From the NCBI GenBank assembly GCA_965205975.1, contig OZ242195.1, positions 2,528,001 to 2,592,000 on the forward strand: 64,000 nt of DNA. Reading direction: 5' to 3'. Below, in pieces: positions 49,244 to 59,589 of this stretch (position 1 is its first letter; every line of letters begins with the position of its first letter). The notes beneath the pieces are model-generated. The model did not search any database and was not told the DNA's origin. It saw only the letters and a program-made list of their open reading frames with translations. Source of the stretch: Candidatus Latescibacterota bacterium. GTDB taxonomy: Bacteria > Latescibacterota > UBA2968. Made by a program: the position numbers and the translations under genes.

Positions 49244-49756
49244 TTGGTAAATCATCCGAACGGATATCAAATTCGTTTTTGGCAAGAGATAGTCCAACTC
49301 CGCGTCCACATTTTCTATTTAGAACAATATCATATTTCAGCAGAGAGGTATGAAAAGTGGATCAATATATTTTTAGCCATTGTGTCAAATGGAAGTATTG
49401 CGGCATGGGCTATTTGGCAGAAGTACCCTTTTGCTTGGGCTTTACTAATCGGCTTATCTCAAGTGTTCAACGCAATTCGTCCATATCTTCCTTTTCAGGT
49501 ACGATCGAAAACAATTTCGAAAATAAACCTTGAACTTAAGGACCTTGCGCTTCATGCCGAGCGCAAGTGGTATGCTGTCTCTGAAGGTTTGCTCACCAGT
49601 GAACAGATTCATGAAGAGACTATGGATATCAAAGAAAGAAAAAGCAAAATGGAAAGTACATTTTTTGGTTCTTCGCCATTGCCGCACAAAGATGCTTTTC
49701 TGAAGAATGCGGAAGACCAGGCCAAAGTGTATTTTCGTTCAAATTATAATGTATGA
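49244..49756 (+). CDS. two-TM membrane protein, SLATT-like
   Basis: helical N-terminus, two adjacent TM helices, helical C-terminus; AT-rich; TTG start after AAGGA. Confidence 0.6.
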   Translation: MVNHPNGYQIRFWQEIVQLRVHIFYLEQYHISAERYEKWINIFLAIVSNGSIAAWAIWQKYPFAWALLIGLSQVFNAIRPYLPFQVRSKTISKINLELKDLALHAERKWYAVSEGLLTSEQIHEETMDIKERKSKMESTFFGSSPLPHKDAFLKNAEDQAKVYFRSNYNV

Positions 49757-49773
49757 ATGTATAGGAGGCACAT

Positions 49774-49935
49774 ATGCGATCAACAAGACACAACCCAGCA
49801 ACGCCTTCGCCCCAGGAAGAGGGAAAGAGTCGCGAGGACCATTTTAGTCTTCCACCGTCGTCTGTAGAAATACAGATGCCGCCTACAAAGCCACCCAAAG
49901 AGGATACGACGGAGGACACAGGCAGTGCCAAGTAA
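49774..49935 (+). CDS. 53-aa proline-rich microprotein (absent from ORF track)
   Basis: TAGGAGG SD; MRSTRHNPATPSPQEEGKSREDHFSLPPSSVEIQMPPTKPPKEDTTEDTGSAK. Confidence 0.6.
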   Translation: MRSTRHNPATPSPQEEGKSREDHFSLPPSSVEIQMPPTKPPKEDTTEDTGSAK

Positions 49936-50010
49936 GCCACTTTCTGGCACAACCTGTGTTGCATGTGTATCAAAATAGCATCAGGATTTGCGAACCTATA
50001 TTGTGTAACT

Positions 50011-50772
50011 TTAGATATGCATACGCAACATGGGACGGCCGAATGAAACGGGCATGTACTCCCCGGTTTTGTGGCGTTTTGTACCGGGGATCATAAAGTG
50101 GATGGCAAAGGCACGACGCTGGCGTTCCGTGTGATTGGGCGGTGTGTAGTGCAGGGTTTGGCAATGGTGAAACATAACACCACCGGCGGGCAATTCGACA
50201 ATTTCGGCTCTGGATATCTCCACCTGATCTTCGAGATCAAACAGCGCATCGGTTTGAGATGAACGCTCATGGGTAAATGGCCGAAGATGAGAGCCGGGAA
50301 TAACGTGCATAGCTCCGTTCTCTACATCGGCATCGTCCAGAGTGAGCCAGCATGAGACGAGATTCGCTGGCATACATTGCCAGTACCCATTGTCTTGATG
50401 CCAGAAAACCGCATCTCCATTGTGTGCGGGCTTGAAGAGCGCCTGATCGTGGAAAAGTTGAATATTTGGACCAATGAGCGCCTCGGCAATATCGAGTATG
50501 GGATCATAGTAGATCAGTTCCCGATAGTGCAGGTTGCGCTCACACATTTGCATAATTTGTAGCATTTGTGTGGGCGCCTTGTTTTTTTCACTGAGATCAT
50601 CGGTATTGCTAATAGCGAGATTGCGAAAGCGGTTATCCTTACGCGCGGCTGCAAATTCGCGGTCGTATTCCCGGCGCAATATCTCAATGTGTTCATCCTC
50701 AAGAAGTTTGCCAATCGAGAGATAACCGTTCTGAAAAAAAAATTCGACTTGCTCCGGAGATAATGCAGACAT
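50011..50772 (-). CDS. phytanoyl-CoA dioxygenase family protein
   Basis: FKP, WHQD..YW, ENG.M..IPGSH, HH..T.H, N...R.RRA. Confidence 0.92.
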   Translation of the reverse strand: MSALSPEQVEFFFQNGYLSIGKLLEDEHIEILRREYDREFAAARKDNRFRNLAISNTDDLSEKNKAPTQMLQIMQMCERNLHYRELIYYDPILDIAEALIGPNIQLFHDQALFKPAHNGDAVFWHQDNGYWQCMPANLVSCWLTLDDADVENGAMHVIPGSHLRPFTHERSSQTDALFDLEDQVEISRAEIVELPAGGVMFHHCQTLHYTPPNHTERQRRAFAIHFMIPGTKRHKTGEYMPVSFGRPMLRMHI

Positions 50773-50791
50773 TGTGTGCTCCTATCAAAAA

Positions 50792-51814
50792 CTAATCCAA
50801 CAACTCCTCTGTATAAGCAAATAACGCAGGCGTCCCTCCCGTATGCACCATCACCACCGTCTCATCTTTGCCAATCTCGCCCTGGTTCACCATATCGATC
50901 AAACCCGCCAGCGTCTTGCCCGTATAAATCGGCTCCAGCAAAATCCCCTCTGTTCGCGCCAATAACCGTATCGCGTCATTGCCCTCGGGTGAACAATACC
51001 CATATCCCTGATCGCCGACATATCGATCCACATTTTCAATCATAGATTCATCAAACGCGACATCCACATCCAGAATCTCCGCCATTTTTCTCAATACACC
51101 TAAAAATGCGTCTTTGAGATCATAAGACCACAAAATAGGTCTCACCCCCACAATCCGCACATCCAGACCCAAAACGGTCTTCCCAAAAATCAAGCCGGGC
51201 TGTGTACAACTACCAGAACACACAACAACAGTCGTAGGCGTTTCGCCTATCGCATCGAACTGATCCATCATCTCTGCCATACACAGCGCGTAACCCATTG
51301 CGCCAAACGGGCGATTGGCCGCTTGCATCACCACAAAAGGCTTGCGCCCTGCGCGCTCAAATTTTTCGATCAATGCCTGCTTGGCATCGTCCAACAACTC
51401 CTGCGTTTCAACATCGATCAGATCGACATAAGCACCCAATAAATTATCCAACAGCAAATTGCCCTGCGTACTTCCGCTCTTGTGATCCTTCACCAGAACC
51501 AGCGCACAATCCACCCCCAACTTTGCCGCTGCCGCCGCCAACTGCCGGCTGTGATTGGACTGAGACCCCGCCCCACCGATAAGCACATCCGCACCGCGAA
51601 CCAGACCTTGTGCAATCGTAAACTCCAACTGCCGCGTCTTATTGCCGCCAAATGCCAGCCCCGTACAATCATCGCGTTTCATATAAATCTTGGGACCCCC
51701 AACCGCTTCAGTCAACCGCTCACAAAACTCGAGCGGCGTGGGCAAATGCCCCAGAGACACACGCGGCACCTTGCCAATGCGTGCTCTCAGTTCGTCACGG
51801 GAAATAACAGCCAT
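50792..51814 (-). CDS. D-cysteine desulfhydrase / ACC deaminase family PLP enzyme
   Basis: PTP, KRDD.TG...GGNK.R, QSNH, GN.LL, EG....P.YTGK, HTGG. Confidence 0.92.
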   Translation of the reverse strand: MAVISRDELRARIGKVPRVSLGHLPTPLEFCERLTEAVGGPKIYMKRDDCTGLAFGGNKTRQLEFTIAQGLVRGADVLIGGAGSQSNHSRQLAAAAAKLGVDCALVLVKDHKSGSTQGNLLLDNLLGAYVDLIDVETQELLDDAKQALIEKFERAGRKPFVVMQAANRPFGAMGYALCMAEMMDQFDAIGETPTTVVVCSGSCTQPGLIFGKTVLGLDVRIVGVRPILWSYDLKDAFLGVLRKMAEILDVDVAFDESMIENVDRYVGDQGYGYCSPEGNDAIRLLARTEGILLEPIYTGKTLAGLIDMVNQGEIGKDETVVMVHTGGTPALFAYTEELLD

Positions 51815-51831
51815 CGTCTAAACCTCCTCAG

Positions 51832-51898
51832 TCAGAATCAGGATGTGCAGAGCCTGCACTGGAATGGTTCTATCCAGTGATGGAAGGATGAACAGGAT
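51832..51898 (+). repeat. dispersed repeat interrupted by a 28-nt hairpin insert
   Basis: TCAGAATCAGGATGTGCAG[AGCCTGCACTGGAATGGTTCTATCCAGT]GATGGAAGGATGAACAGGAT; homologous to 18974-19007. Confidence 0.6.
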
Positions 51899-52228
51899 CA
51901 ATCATTCGGATAGAATAAACATCAATCCACTTTGACCGTCAATAGTCTATGAATCAGCTTCCGACCACGGCAAAGATGTCCGCGCCTTTAGAGACATAGC
52001 TTTCACTTTGCCGCCAATCCAGAGATCAAAATATCCACTTTTTTATTCAAAATTCGCTTTGATCCATCTCCACTTCAACAGGCGATCCTGAAATTCAAAC
52101 ACTTAATAACCAAATGAAAAATAAAAGGTTAGCGTATCTAAACCTGCTATTTATTGTCCAATTTCATGACATTGGCATAAGGTTTGCCCAAGATCTGAGG
52201 GTTGCAAATAGACACGCACCAGTAGTTC

Positions 52229-52256
52229 GTAGGAGCGAAATATCTTTCGCCCGTCC
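52229..52256. repeat. degenerate GTAG-type REP palindrome
   Basis: GTAG-GAGCGAAA-TATC-TTTCGCCC. Confidence 0.4.
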
Positions 52257-52306
52257 AGCCTGAGCGTCATGTATTCAGAAAGACTCATAGATCCAGGGCT
52301 TCCCAC

Positions 52307-53200
52307 ATGGCAAAATACGATACCATCTCCAAACACTTCATCCAAACCTACCCTCAAGACTTCATCCAACTCTCTCTCCAACGAGACGCCGTCAAAGTCC
52401 TCGACATCCTCGACACAGAGCAACCAACAACACAAACACACCACATGGATAGCCTTATCAAAGTCATGATTTCAGGCGAGGAAGCATTGGTACATCACGA
52501 GTTTCAAACCACGACCGATCCGACAATGCCCATCCGAATGGCTGGCTATATCATCAGAGCCATTGAGAGACATAATCTGCCGATCTATTCCAGGGTGATC
52601 TACTTGCGCCCCAATGCGGGAAAGAACGATCCAGGATACTACATCCAAGACTTGCCCGGCCATAAAATTGAGATTCAATACAGAGTGATTCGACTCAGCG
52701 AGATCGACGGACAACGTATTCTGGATGAGGGACATGCGGGCTTGTTTCCATTCACACCATTGATGAAACCACCTGAAGGAACAGGTTCCGAGGCGTGGTT
52801 GCATCGATGTGTTGACGTGACCAATGCCCTGCCGTTGGAAGAATCAATAAAGGTTGACATTTTGAGTGGGTTGACGATATTGAGTGGGTTGGGGTATGAG
52901 TCGGACACAATCAATCGAATAATCATTCAGGAGGGTCTTATGGATGCGATTATGCGCGAGTCATCGTTTGCCCAATACATTATGAAACAAGCCAGAGAAG
53001 AAGGCATTGAACAAGGCGAAATAAAAAGCACGCTTGCCGATATCCGCGAAGTATTGGAGATACGCTTTGGTCTGACCGAGGCGCACCCCATATCTGATCG
53101 CCTTGCCGCGGTTGAAGATTTGCAACGTCTCAAGCAGTTGCACCGTTTGTCGGTGCAGGTATCCAGCCTTGAGGCATTTCAGCAAGCGTTGGATAGGTGA
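52307..53200 (+). CDS. Rpn-family recombination-promoting nuclease / putative transposase
   Basis: YD...K, D.L......H.EFQT..D..M..RM..Y, V.YL, ES......EEG.EQG tail. Confidence 0.8.
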   Translation: MAKYDTISKHFIQTYPQDFIQLSLQRDAVKVLDILDTEQPTTQTHHMDSLIKVMISGEEALVHHEFQTTTDPTMPIRMAGYIIRAIERHNLPIYSRVIYLRPNAGKNDPGYYIQDLPGHKIEIQYRVIRLSEIDGQRILDEGHAGLFPFTPLMKPPEGTGSEAWLHRCVDVTNALPLEESIKVDILSGLTILSGLGYESDTINRIIIQEGLMDAIMRESSFAQYIMKQAREEGIEQGEIKSTLADIREVLEIRFGLTEAHPISDRLAAVEDLQRLKQLHRLSVQVSSLEAFQQALDR

Positions 53201-53224
53201 TTTGAATAGATGGTGAGGACACAG

Positions 53225-53263
53225 AAGGCGGGGGATTGTCGAATCCCTCGCCTTTTGTTTTTT
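53225..53263 (+). terminator. intrinsic terminator
   Basis: AAGGCGGGGGATT/AATCCCTCGCCTT followed by TTGTTTTTT. Confidence 0.8.
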
Positions 53264-53403
53264 ATAGTTCGGATAGAATTAGTGCAAATTTTACCCTGCA
53301 TGTCACCATCTGAGTCAAGCGAAAATGCCATTGACATTTCACGATATAGCGAATTATTTGTAACAGACAGTACATACGGAGTTTACGGGGAGGAAAATAG
53401 ACA

Positions 53404-54480
53404 ATGCAGACACTGGACGATTGTATTAAAGAGATCCGAAATGATTCCAATATTTCTACCTGGAACGAAGCGCAAGCCAAAGAATGGATCATTCGTCCTG
53501 TCCTGGATTTGCTCGGTTGGGGGCGTCGTGAGATCATACCGGAGTATGGCGTTGAAGCTCGAAGAGTGGATTATGCCTTGCAGATCAATGGAGACAATGA
53601 AGTATTTATTGAAGCCAAGAAACCGGGCGAGGACTTGGAAAATCATCAAAAACAACTCCTTGATTATTCCTTTGGAAACGGCGTTGATTTGGCAATTTTG
53701 ACAAACGGGATTGCATGGTGGTTTTATCTTCCTTTAAAAAAGGGTGCTTGGAATAACCGCAAATTTTATACCATTAACATTTTGGAACAAGAGACAAAGG
53801 ATATTGTTGAAAAATTTAGCCATTTACTTTCTCGTGAAAATGTTGAGTCTGGTGGAGCAGTTCGACAAGCCGAATCTATTCTGAAGAGCCGTCAAAGAAA
53901 GAAAATAGTAAAAGAAAACCTACCTAAAGCATGGAATAAAGTAATTAAAAGCGCCGTCTCGCCAGATTCATTACTTGTAGATCTTTTGGCAGAGACAGTA
54001 GAGGAAGTGTGTGGCTTCCAGCCTGCAGGTGATGAAATTTTGGGGTTCATTCGTTCTCACCAAGAAAAATGGCTCTTATCCCCTGAACTGGAACCGAAAG
54101 TTCTACCGCCTATAAACCACTCCGATTCCGCAACCGGATCCCAGAACAAAAATCAAACTGAGAGACCCAAACGGATACAAATAGACGGTGCGAGTTATGA
54201 GTTAGAATATAAATATGAAATTCTTGTAAATACTGCGAATTGGTTGATCGACAACGGTCATTTAAAACCCTCAGAATGTCCCGTAAAACTAACCTCCCGA
54301 TCAAAGATTTATTTTATTAATCGCCTGCCAGAACGGGCACCAGATCTTAAATTTTGGCGGCCACAGAAACTAAAAAACGGTCTCTTTATTGAAGCAGACC
54401 GCAGCGACATAGCTATTGAAAATGCCCAAAAATTGCTAAAAAAATACGGATACGACCCGGGAATACTAAAAGTAGAGTAA
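53404..54480 (+). CDS. HsdR-N-like PD-(D/E)XK restriction-endonuclease-domain protein
   Basis: NE...K..II.P.L..LGW, PEY.....RVDYAL, FIEAK, QL..Y, LTNG..W.FY. Confidence 0.85.
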   Translation: MQTLDDCIKEIRNDSNISTWNEAQAKEWIIRPVLDLLGWGRREIIPEYGVEARRVDYALQINGDNEVFIEAKKPGEDLENHQKQLLDYSFGNGVDLAILTNGIAWWFYLPLKKGAWNNRKFYTINILEQETKDIVEKFSHLLSRENVESGGAVRQAESILKSRQRKKIVKENLPKAWNKVIKSAVSPDSLLVDLLAETVEEVCGFQPAGDEILGFIRSHQEKWLLSPELEPKVLPPINHSDSATGSQNKNQTERPKRIQIDGASYELEYKYEILVNTANWLIDNGHLKPSECPVKLTSRSKIYFINRLPERAPDLKFWRPQKLKNGLFIEADRSDIAIENAQKLLKKYGYDPGILKVE

Positions 54481-54611
54481 TGAAATCCTGAAGTTTGAAG
54501 ACCACCGCCCGCACAGCGCGTGAGTCCGTCTCGCACCGAACATTCTTATGGCATCCAACTCTGAAGGCCACTACTTGGCTTACTACCACAAAAACGATTT
54601 GCGCTGTGCAA

Positions 54612-54680
54612 GCCCCCCGCAGGGGCGCCCTTTTTTTGCTTCGTTTTTTTGGGCGCGCAAAAAAATGAAGTCGCCGAAGG
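54612..54680. repeat. palindromic intergenic element (REP/MITE-like)
   Basis: GCCCC-CCGCA-GGGGC and CTTCGTTTTTTTG...CAAAAAAATGAAG stems, then CGCCGAAGG. Confidence 0.4.
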
Positions 54681-54790
54681 CATAAAAATTAAAATAGAAT
54701 GGCATACCTCCCAGACTAACCGAAGGCAAGAAACAATAATTCATCCCCAAACGAACAAACATCTGAACCTCAGCGAGAGGCAGGCTCCCC

Positions 54791-55765
54791 ATGAAAATAC
54801 TCATCACCGGCATCACAGGGCGTATCGGCGGCAACCTGGCGGCGCAACTCGTTGAACAGGGGCATCAAGTTCGCGGGCTTGTGTGGCCCAAAGATCCGCG
54901 CGTAGAAAAATTTGGGGGCATCGACCTCGAACTCATCGAAGGTAGCCTCACCGAATATGAAGACGTGGAAAAAGTCACAGACGGCGTCGATATCATCTAT
55001 CACCTCGGCGCGGCCTTTCAGGGGGGCGGCCCATTTGAAGACAACGACTACTTTGAAATCAACCTGCGCGGCACCTTCCACATGCTCAAAGCCGCACAAC
55101 AACGCAACATCAAACAATTCATCTTTGCAAGCACAGACGCACTCTACGCCAAATATCCCCCTGAAGGAATGGACAAACCCATCCGGGAAGACGCAATGCC
55201 CCGAGAACCGAGCGGTTGGTACGCCCTATCCAAATCCGTCGGCGAAGAAATGTGCTACGGATACTGGCGCGCCCACCAACTGCCCATCACCGTCTTGCGC
55301 TTTTGCCTCGTCGTCGGAGCGGGCGAAATCCTCGACTTCCGCCAATTTTACCTGAGCAAACTCAAAGGACTTCCCGAACTCAAAGCACTGTGGCGAGGCG
55401 AAGAACGCCTCCTCCTCCTCAAAGACATGAAAGGCCGCTCCTACAAAAAACACATCGCGGACGTGCGCGACATAGTACACGGCTGCATCTGTGCCTTAAA
55501 CAAAACACAAGCCGCCGGACACGCCATTCAACTCGGCGGACCACGACCATTCACATGGGCCGAAGCCATCCCGTATTTATCCCAACGCCTGAACATCCCC
55601 TATCAGGAAGCCATCTTACACGGCGCACCCACACATTACGAATACGACCTGACCAAAGCACGCGACCTGATCGGCTTTAATCCGCAATACGACATCATCC
55701 GCATGATCGAAGACGCCATTGCCTATCGAGAGGGCAAAACCATCAACGTCTTGCCCACGGAATAG
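54791..55765 (+). CDS. NAD-dependent epimerase/dehydratase
   Basis: ITGITGRIG, HLGA, N..GT, ASTD, YALSK. Confidence 0.9.
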   Translation: MKILITGITGRIGGNLAAQLVEQGHQVRGLVWPKDPRVEKFGGIDLELIEGSLTEYEDVEKVTDGVDIIYHLGAAFQGGGPFEDNDYFEINLRGTFHMLKAAQQRNIKQFIFASTDALYAKYPPEGMDKPIREDAMPREPSGWYALSKSVGEEMCYGYWRAHQLPITVLRFCLVVGAGEILDFRQFYLSKLKGLPELKALWRGEERLLLLKDMKGRSYKKHIADVRDIVHGCICALNKTQAAGHAIQLGGPRPFTWAEAIPYLSQRLNIPYQEAILHGAPTHYEYDLTKARDLIGFNPQYDIIRMIEDAIAYREGKTINVLPTE

Positions 55766-55800
55766 GAGCAGGATGGAAGGACCAAACCAAGAGGAAACAG

Positions 55801-57306
55801 ATGTCTCAACCCAACATACTCATGATCATCTCAGACCAGATGACGCCATTTCTCACGGGTGCTTATGCCCATCCCGTCGTCCAAACGCCTGCGCTAAACG
55901 CGCTGGCAGAAAACGGCATTCGCTTTGATGCGGCCTATACCCCCTTCCCGCTCTGTTCACCCGCGCGAGCCTGCTTCATGACGGGAAACAACGCCGCAAA
56001 AATTGGCGCGTATGACAACGGTGCTGAACTCCGCTCGGACATCCCCACATTTGCCCACCACCTTACCCGCGCCGGATATGACACCGTCCTCTCCGGCAAA
56101 ATGCACTTCATAGGCGCAGATCAACTCCACGGCTTCAGACGCCGCCTCACCACAGACATCTACCCGGAAGATTTCCGGTGGGTCAAACCCGAGTGGATAC
56201 ACATCAAAGAAACCAGAGGAGAAAATTACCAGGCCGTCATGGAACAGCGGGGCAGGTATAACGCCTCAAATTACGACGGACACAAGCTCCAAATCGACAC
56301 CTGGCACGGTCCTCTCAGCTACGACGAAGAAACGCACTTCCGATCACTGGAATACCTCCACGCGGTTGGCACACAGAAAAATCCCAAACCCTTCCTCCTG
56401 TGTGCGTCTTACCACCATCCCCACGAACCCTTCTGGCCGCCACAGTCCTATTGGGATATGTACGAAAATGCGGACATCGAAATACCCACCTTACCAGACA
56501 ACCTGGACGACACATACTCCATCATGGACAAATGGCTCAACGCCTATCACGGCACGCGCAAACACAACCTGCGCGACCCGGACGCCCTCTACAAACTCCG
56601 CCGAGCCTATTACGGACTCGTCACATACATGGACGACAAAGTCGGGGAACTACTCGCCTCACTCAAAGAAAATGGCCTGGACGACAACACCATTGTCATC
56701 TTCTTTTCCGATCATGGCGACATGCTCTGCGAAAAAGAAATGGTCCAAAAACGAACCTTCTACGACTGGTCCAGCCGCGTACCCTTCTTTATCCGCTTTC
56801 CAGACCATTACAAAGCCGGCAGCACAATCGACCAGCCCGTCTCGCTCATTGACCTGTTGCCCACCCTATGCGACATAGCGGGATTGGAAGACCACTACCC
56901 CTGCGATGGCACCAGCCTGATGCCGCTCATTGAAGGCGCGGAAACAGAAGACCGAGAAATTATTGTCGAAGCCCACGAAGCAGTCGGCACTCCCTGTGTC
57001 ATGATTCGCAAAAACAATTACAAATACAACCACATCCACGGACACGAACCACAGCTTTTTGACCTCGACGCCGACCCGGGCGAATGGAATAATCTCAGCG
57101 GCCAGCCAGACCATGCAAAAATCGAAACCTATCTTCGCAAGCGCATCCTCGAAAACTATGACCTCGACGCCATAGCCGAAGCCAATTTAGACAGCCTGTA
57201 TCGCAGGCAACTCATCCACGAGGCAATGCAAGCCAACGGCACATCCTGGGCGTACAATCCGAGCTTTGACCCAACCAAAAACGCACAGACACAGTACCTA
57301 CCATAA
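55801..57306 (+). CDS. sulfatase (choline-sulfatase-like)
   Basis: PNIL.I.SDQ, LCSPAR, LSGKMHF.G.DQLHGF, HPH.P, SDHG. Confidence 0.92.
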   Translation: MSQPNILMIISDQMTPFLTGAYAHPVVQTPALNALAENGIRFDAAYTPFPLCSPARACFMTGNNAAKIGAYDNGAELRSDIPTFAHHLTRAGYDTVLSGKMHFIGADQLHGFRRRLTTDIYPEDFRWVKPEWIHIKETRGENYQAVMEQRGRYNASNYDGHKLQIDTWHGPLSYDEETHFRSLEYLHAVGTQKNPKPFLLCASYHHPHEPFWPPQSYWDMYENADIEIPTLPDNLDDTYSIMDKWLNAYHGTRKHNLRDPDALYKLRRAYYGLVTYMDDKVGELLASLKENGLDDNTIVIFFSDHGDMLCEKEMVQKRTFYDWSSRVPFFIRFPDHYKAGSTIDQPVSLIDLLPTLCDIAGLEDHYPCDGTSLMPLIEGAETEDREIIVEAHEAVGTPCVMIRKNNYKYNHIHGHEPQLFDLDADPGEWNNLSGQPDHAKIETYLRKRILENYDLDAIAEANLDSLYRRQLIHEAMQANGTSWAYNPSFDPTKNAQTQYLP

Positions 57307-57322
57307 CGAACAGGAGCAACCA

Positions 57323-58237
57323 ATGTCCAACAACACACCATTCATCGTCGATAAAAACCTCGGCGTCAACATGACCGTCGGGCCAGAAGACCTCACGCAA
57401 ACCAACGCCGATGGAGAAGCCGTCATCGCGCCGACGCAAGAGGAAAAATATCTCTTTGATGCGCGCGGCTGGTTGCTTTTTCCGGGGATCTTATCCGATG
57501 ACGACATACGCGACATGCGCGAATATGCGCTACAGGTCAAACACGACCCGCAATCGCTGCCCGAACACGAACAATCCTACCTGGCAGGTCCCTTGCAAAA
57601 ACTCGCCGACCACCCCATAGTCGTCGGCTTTATGAACGAATTTGTCGCACATCCCCATCTCGCCAGTCCCGATGGCTACGGCTTTCGCATGGAAGCATCC
57701 GGCATCCGATTCCGCTCGACGCGCACCGGAGAAGTCGGCAGATTTAGCCCGCACAATGGCAACGGCCTGTTTCGCTTTGCAATCGACTCGCACCACTATC
57801 AGTGCATCCCCGGCAAAGCCTATAGCGGTCTAACCCGCGTAGTCTGGGAACTCGCCCCTGTACAAAAAGGCAAAGGCGGCACACTGGTGGTCAGCGGCAG
57901 CCACAAAGCAGTTTATGCCGCGCCAGAATCTATCCACGACCCAAACTCGCCCATCTGGGACACCTATGAATGCCCGGCTGGCTCACTGCTCATTTTCACC
58001 GAAGCCATCACCCACAGCGCCACGCCCTGGACAGATGAAACAACCGACCGCGTTGCCATCTTCAACCTCTACAACACCATCGGCGCCAAATGGAGCAACT
58101 GGCATCCACATCCAGACCTGCTCGCCTCCATGCCGCCCAAACGCCAGAGCCTGTTTCGAGACGTGCGCTGTGCGGGCAATCGCATTGGCGGCAACGGACG
58201 CTATCACGGCGCAAATCTCAGTGAGATGAAAAAATAA
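57323..58237 (+). CDS. PhyH-like Fe(II)/2OG enzyme with HxG motif
   Basis: KYLFD..G, PHNG, GG......GSHK, AGS...F.E...H; AGGAG SD before ATG 57323. Confidence 0.8.
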   Translation: MSNNTPFIVDKNLGVNMTVGPEDLTQTNADGEAVIAPTQEEKYLFDARGWLLFPGILSDDDIRDMREYALQVKHDPQSLPEHEQSYLAGPLQKLADHPIVVGFMNEFVAHPHLASPDGYGFRMEASGIRFRSTRTGEVGRFSPHNGNGLFRFAIDSHHYQCIPGKAYSGLTRVVWELAPVQKGKGGTLVVSGSHKAVYAAPESIHDPNSPIWDTYECPAGSLLIFTEAITHSATPWTDETTDRVAIFNLYNTIGAKWSNWHPHPDLLASMPPKRQSLFRDVRCAGNRIGGNGRYHGANLSEMKK

Positions 58238-58272
58238 ACAGGTCATTAAAACAAAAAATTCTGGAGACTTTT

Positions 58273-59589
58273 ATGCCAAATTTATCTAACCGTCCCAACA
58301 TCCTCTTCTTCTTTCCCGACCAACTGCGCTTTGACTGGATCGGCAGCAATCCCGACATAGCGGTACGCACGCCCAACCTGGATCGCCTTGAAAAAAACGG
58401 GGCGACATTCTCCAAAACTGTCTGTCCCGCACCCGTATGCGCGCCCAGTCGCGCTTGTGTTGCAGCCGGCACAGAATACGACAACTGCCCGGTCAAAGGA
58501 AACAGCGACGACTACCCCACAGACCGCGCCACTGTTTACAGCATGCTCCGCGACAGCGGATACCACACACTGGGATGCGGAAAATTCGACCTCAACAAAG
58601 GCACCTGCACATCCAACCTGCCAGCCTGGGGACTGGATGGCAAACACCATTTGAACGAATGGGGATTCTCAGACGGCGTCAACAACGAAGGCAAAATAGA
58701 CGGCGCCAACAGCGGGCGCGAAAAACCGCAAGGACCCTATTTGCAATACCTCGAAGAGCGCGGCCTGCGCCAGATGCACCTCAACGACTTTGCCAACCGC
58801 AAAGGCCAGCGCAGCACCTTTCCCACGCCACTGCCCGATGACGCCTATTGCGACAACTGGATCGGGCAAAATGGCCGGGACCTCATACAATCGGTCCCCG
58901 AGGGCAAACCCTGGTTCATACAGGTCAATTTCAACGGCCCCCACCTGCCCCTGGACATCACGGAAAGCATGGCAAAACTCTACGAAAACGTCGATTTTCC
59001 GCAGCCGAACCGCAATGACCAGCTCACACCCGATGAACTCCTCGAAGCCAGGCGAAACTACTCCGCCATGGTCGAAAACATCGACCATCAGGTCGGTCTC
59101 TACTTAGACCTGCTCGAAGAACGGGGCGAATTGGACAATACCCTCATCGTCTTTTCCTCGGATCACGGTGAAATGCTCGGCGACCACAACGCCTGGGGCA
59201 AGGGCAAACCCCTGCACCCCTCGGCCAGCGTGCCCCTCGTCATCTCGGGACCCGGTGTACAACAGGGCATAACCCATGACCTGCCCACAACCAACCTGGA
59301 CCTCACCGCCACCTTCCTCGACTACGCGGGCTTGGGCATCCCCGACGACATGGACAGCCGATCCCTCCGCAACCTCCTCAAAGGCAATACTACCACACAT
59401 CGAGACATCGTCCTATCCGGTCTTGGCAACTGGCGCATGGCTTATGACGGCCGCTACAAATACATCGAAGGATTCGGCGACACACCCATGCTCTTTGACC
59501 TGGACACCGATCCCCTCGAAAACAACAATATCATCGACGACCCCGGCGTCTCAGCGCATATTGAGCGATTAAAAGCAGAGTTGATATAA
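58273..59589 (+). CDS. sulfatase
   Basis: PNILF..PDQ.R.D, VCAPSR, GPH.P, SDHGEMLGDH. Confidence 0.92.
   Translation: MPNLSNRPNILFFFPDQLRFDWIGSNPDIAVRTPNLDRLEKNGATFSKTVCPAPVCAPSRACVAAGTEYDNCPVKGNSDDYPTDRATVYSMLRDSGYHTLGCGKFDLNKGTCTSNLPAWGLDGKHHLNEWGFSDGVNNEGKIDGANSGREKPQGPYLQYLEERGLRQMHLNDFANRKGQRSTFPTPLPDDAYCDNWIGQNGRDLIQSVPEGKPWFIQVNFNGPHLPLDITESMAKLYENVDFPQPNRNDQLTPDELLEARRNYSAMVENIDHQVGLYLDLLEERGELDNTLIVFSSDHGEMLGDHNAWGKGKPLHPSASVPLVISGPGVQQGITHDLPTTNLDLTATFLDYAGLGIPDDMDSRSLRNLLKGNTTTHRDIVLSGLGNWRMAYDGRYKYIEGFGDTPMLFDLDTDPLENNNIIDDPGVSAHIERLKAELI

Noticed and set aside
51900..52300. Pseudogene or sRNA in the AT-rich spacer
   Set aside because: No credible reading frame or stable long structure seen beyond the REP-like palindrome.
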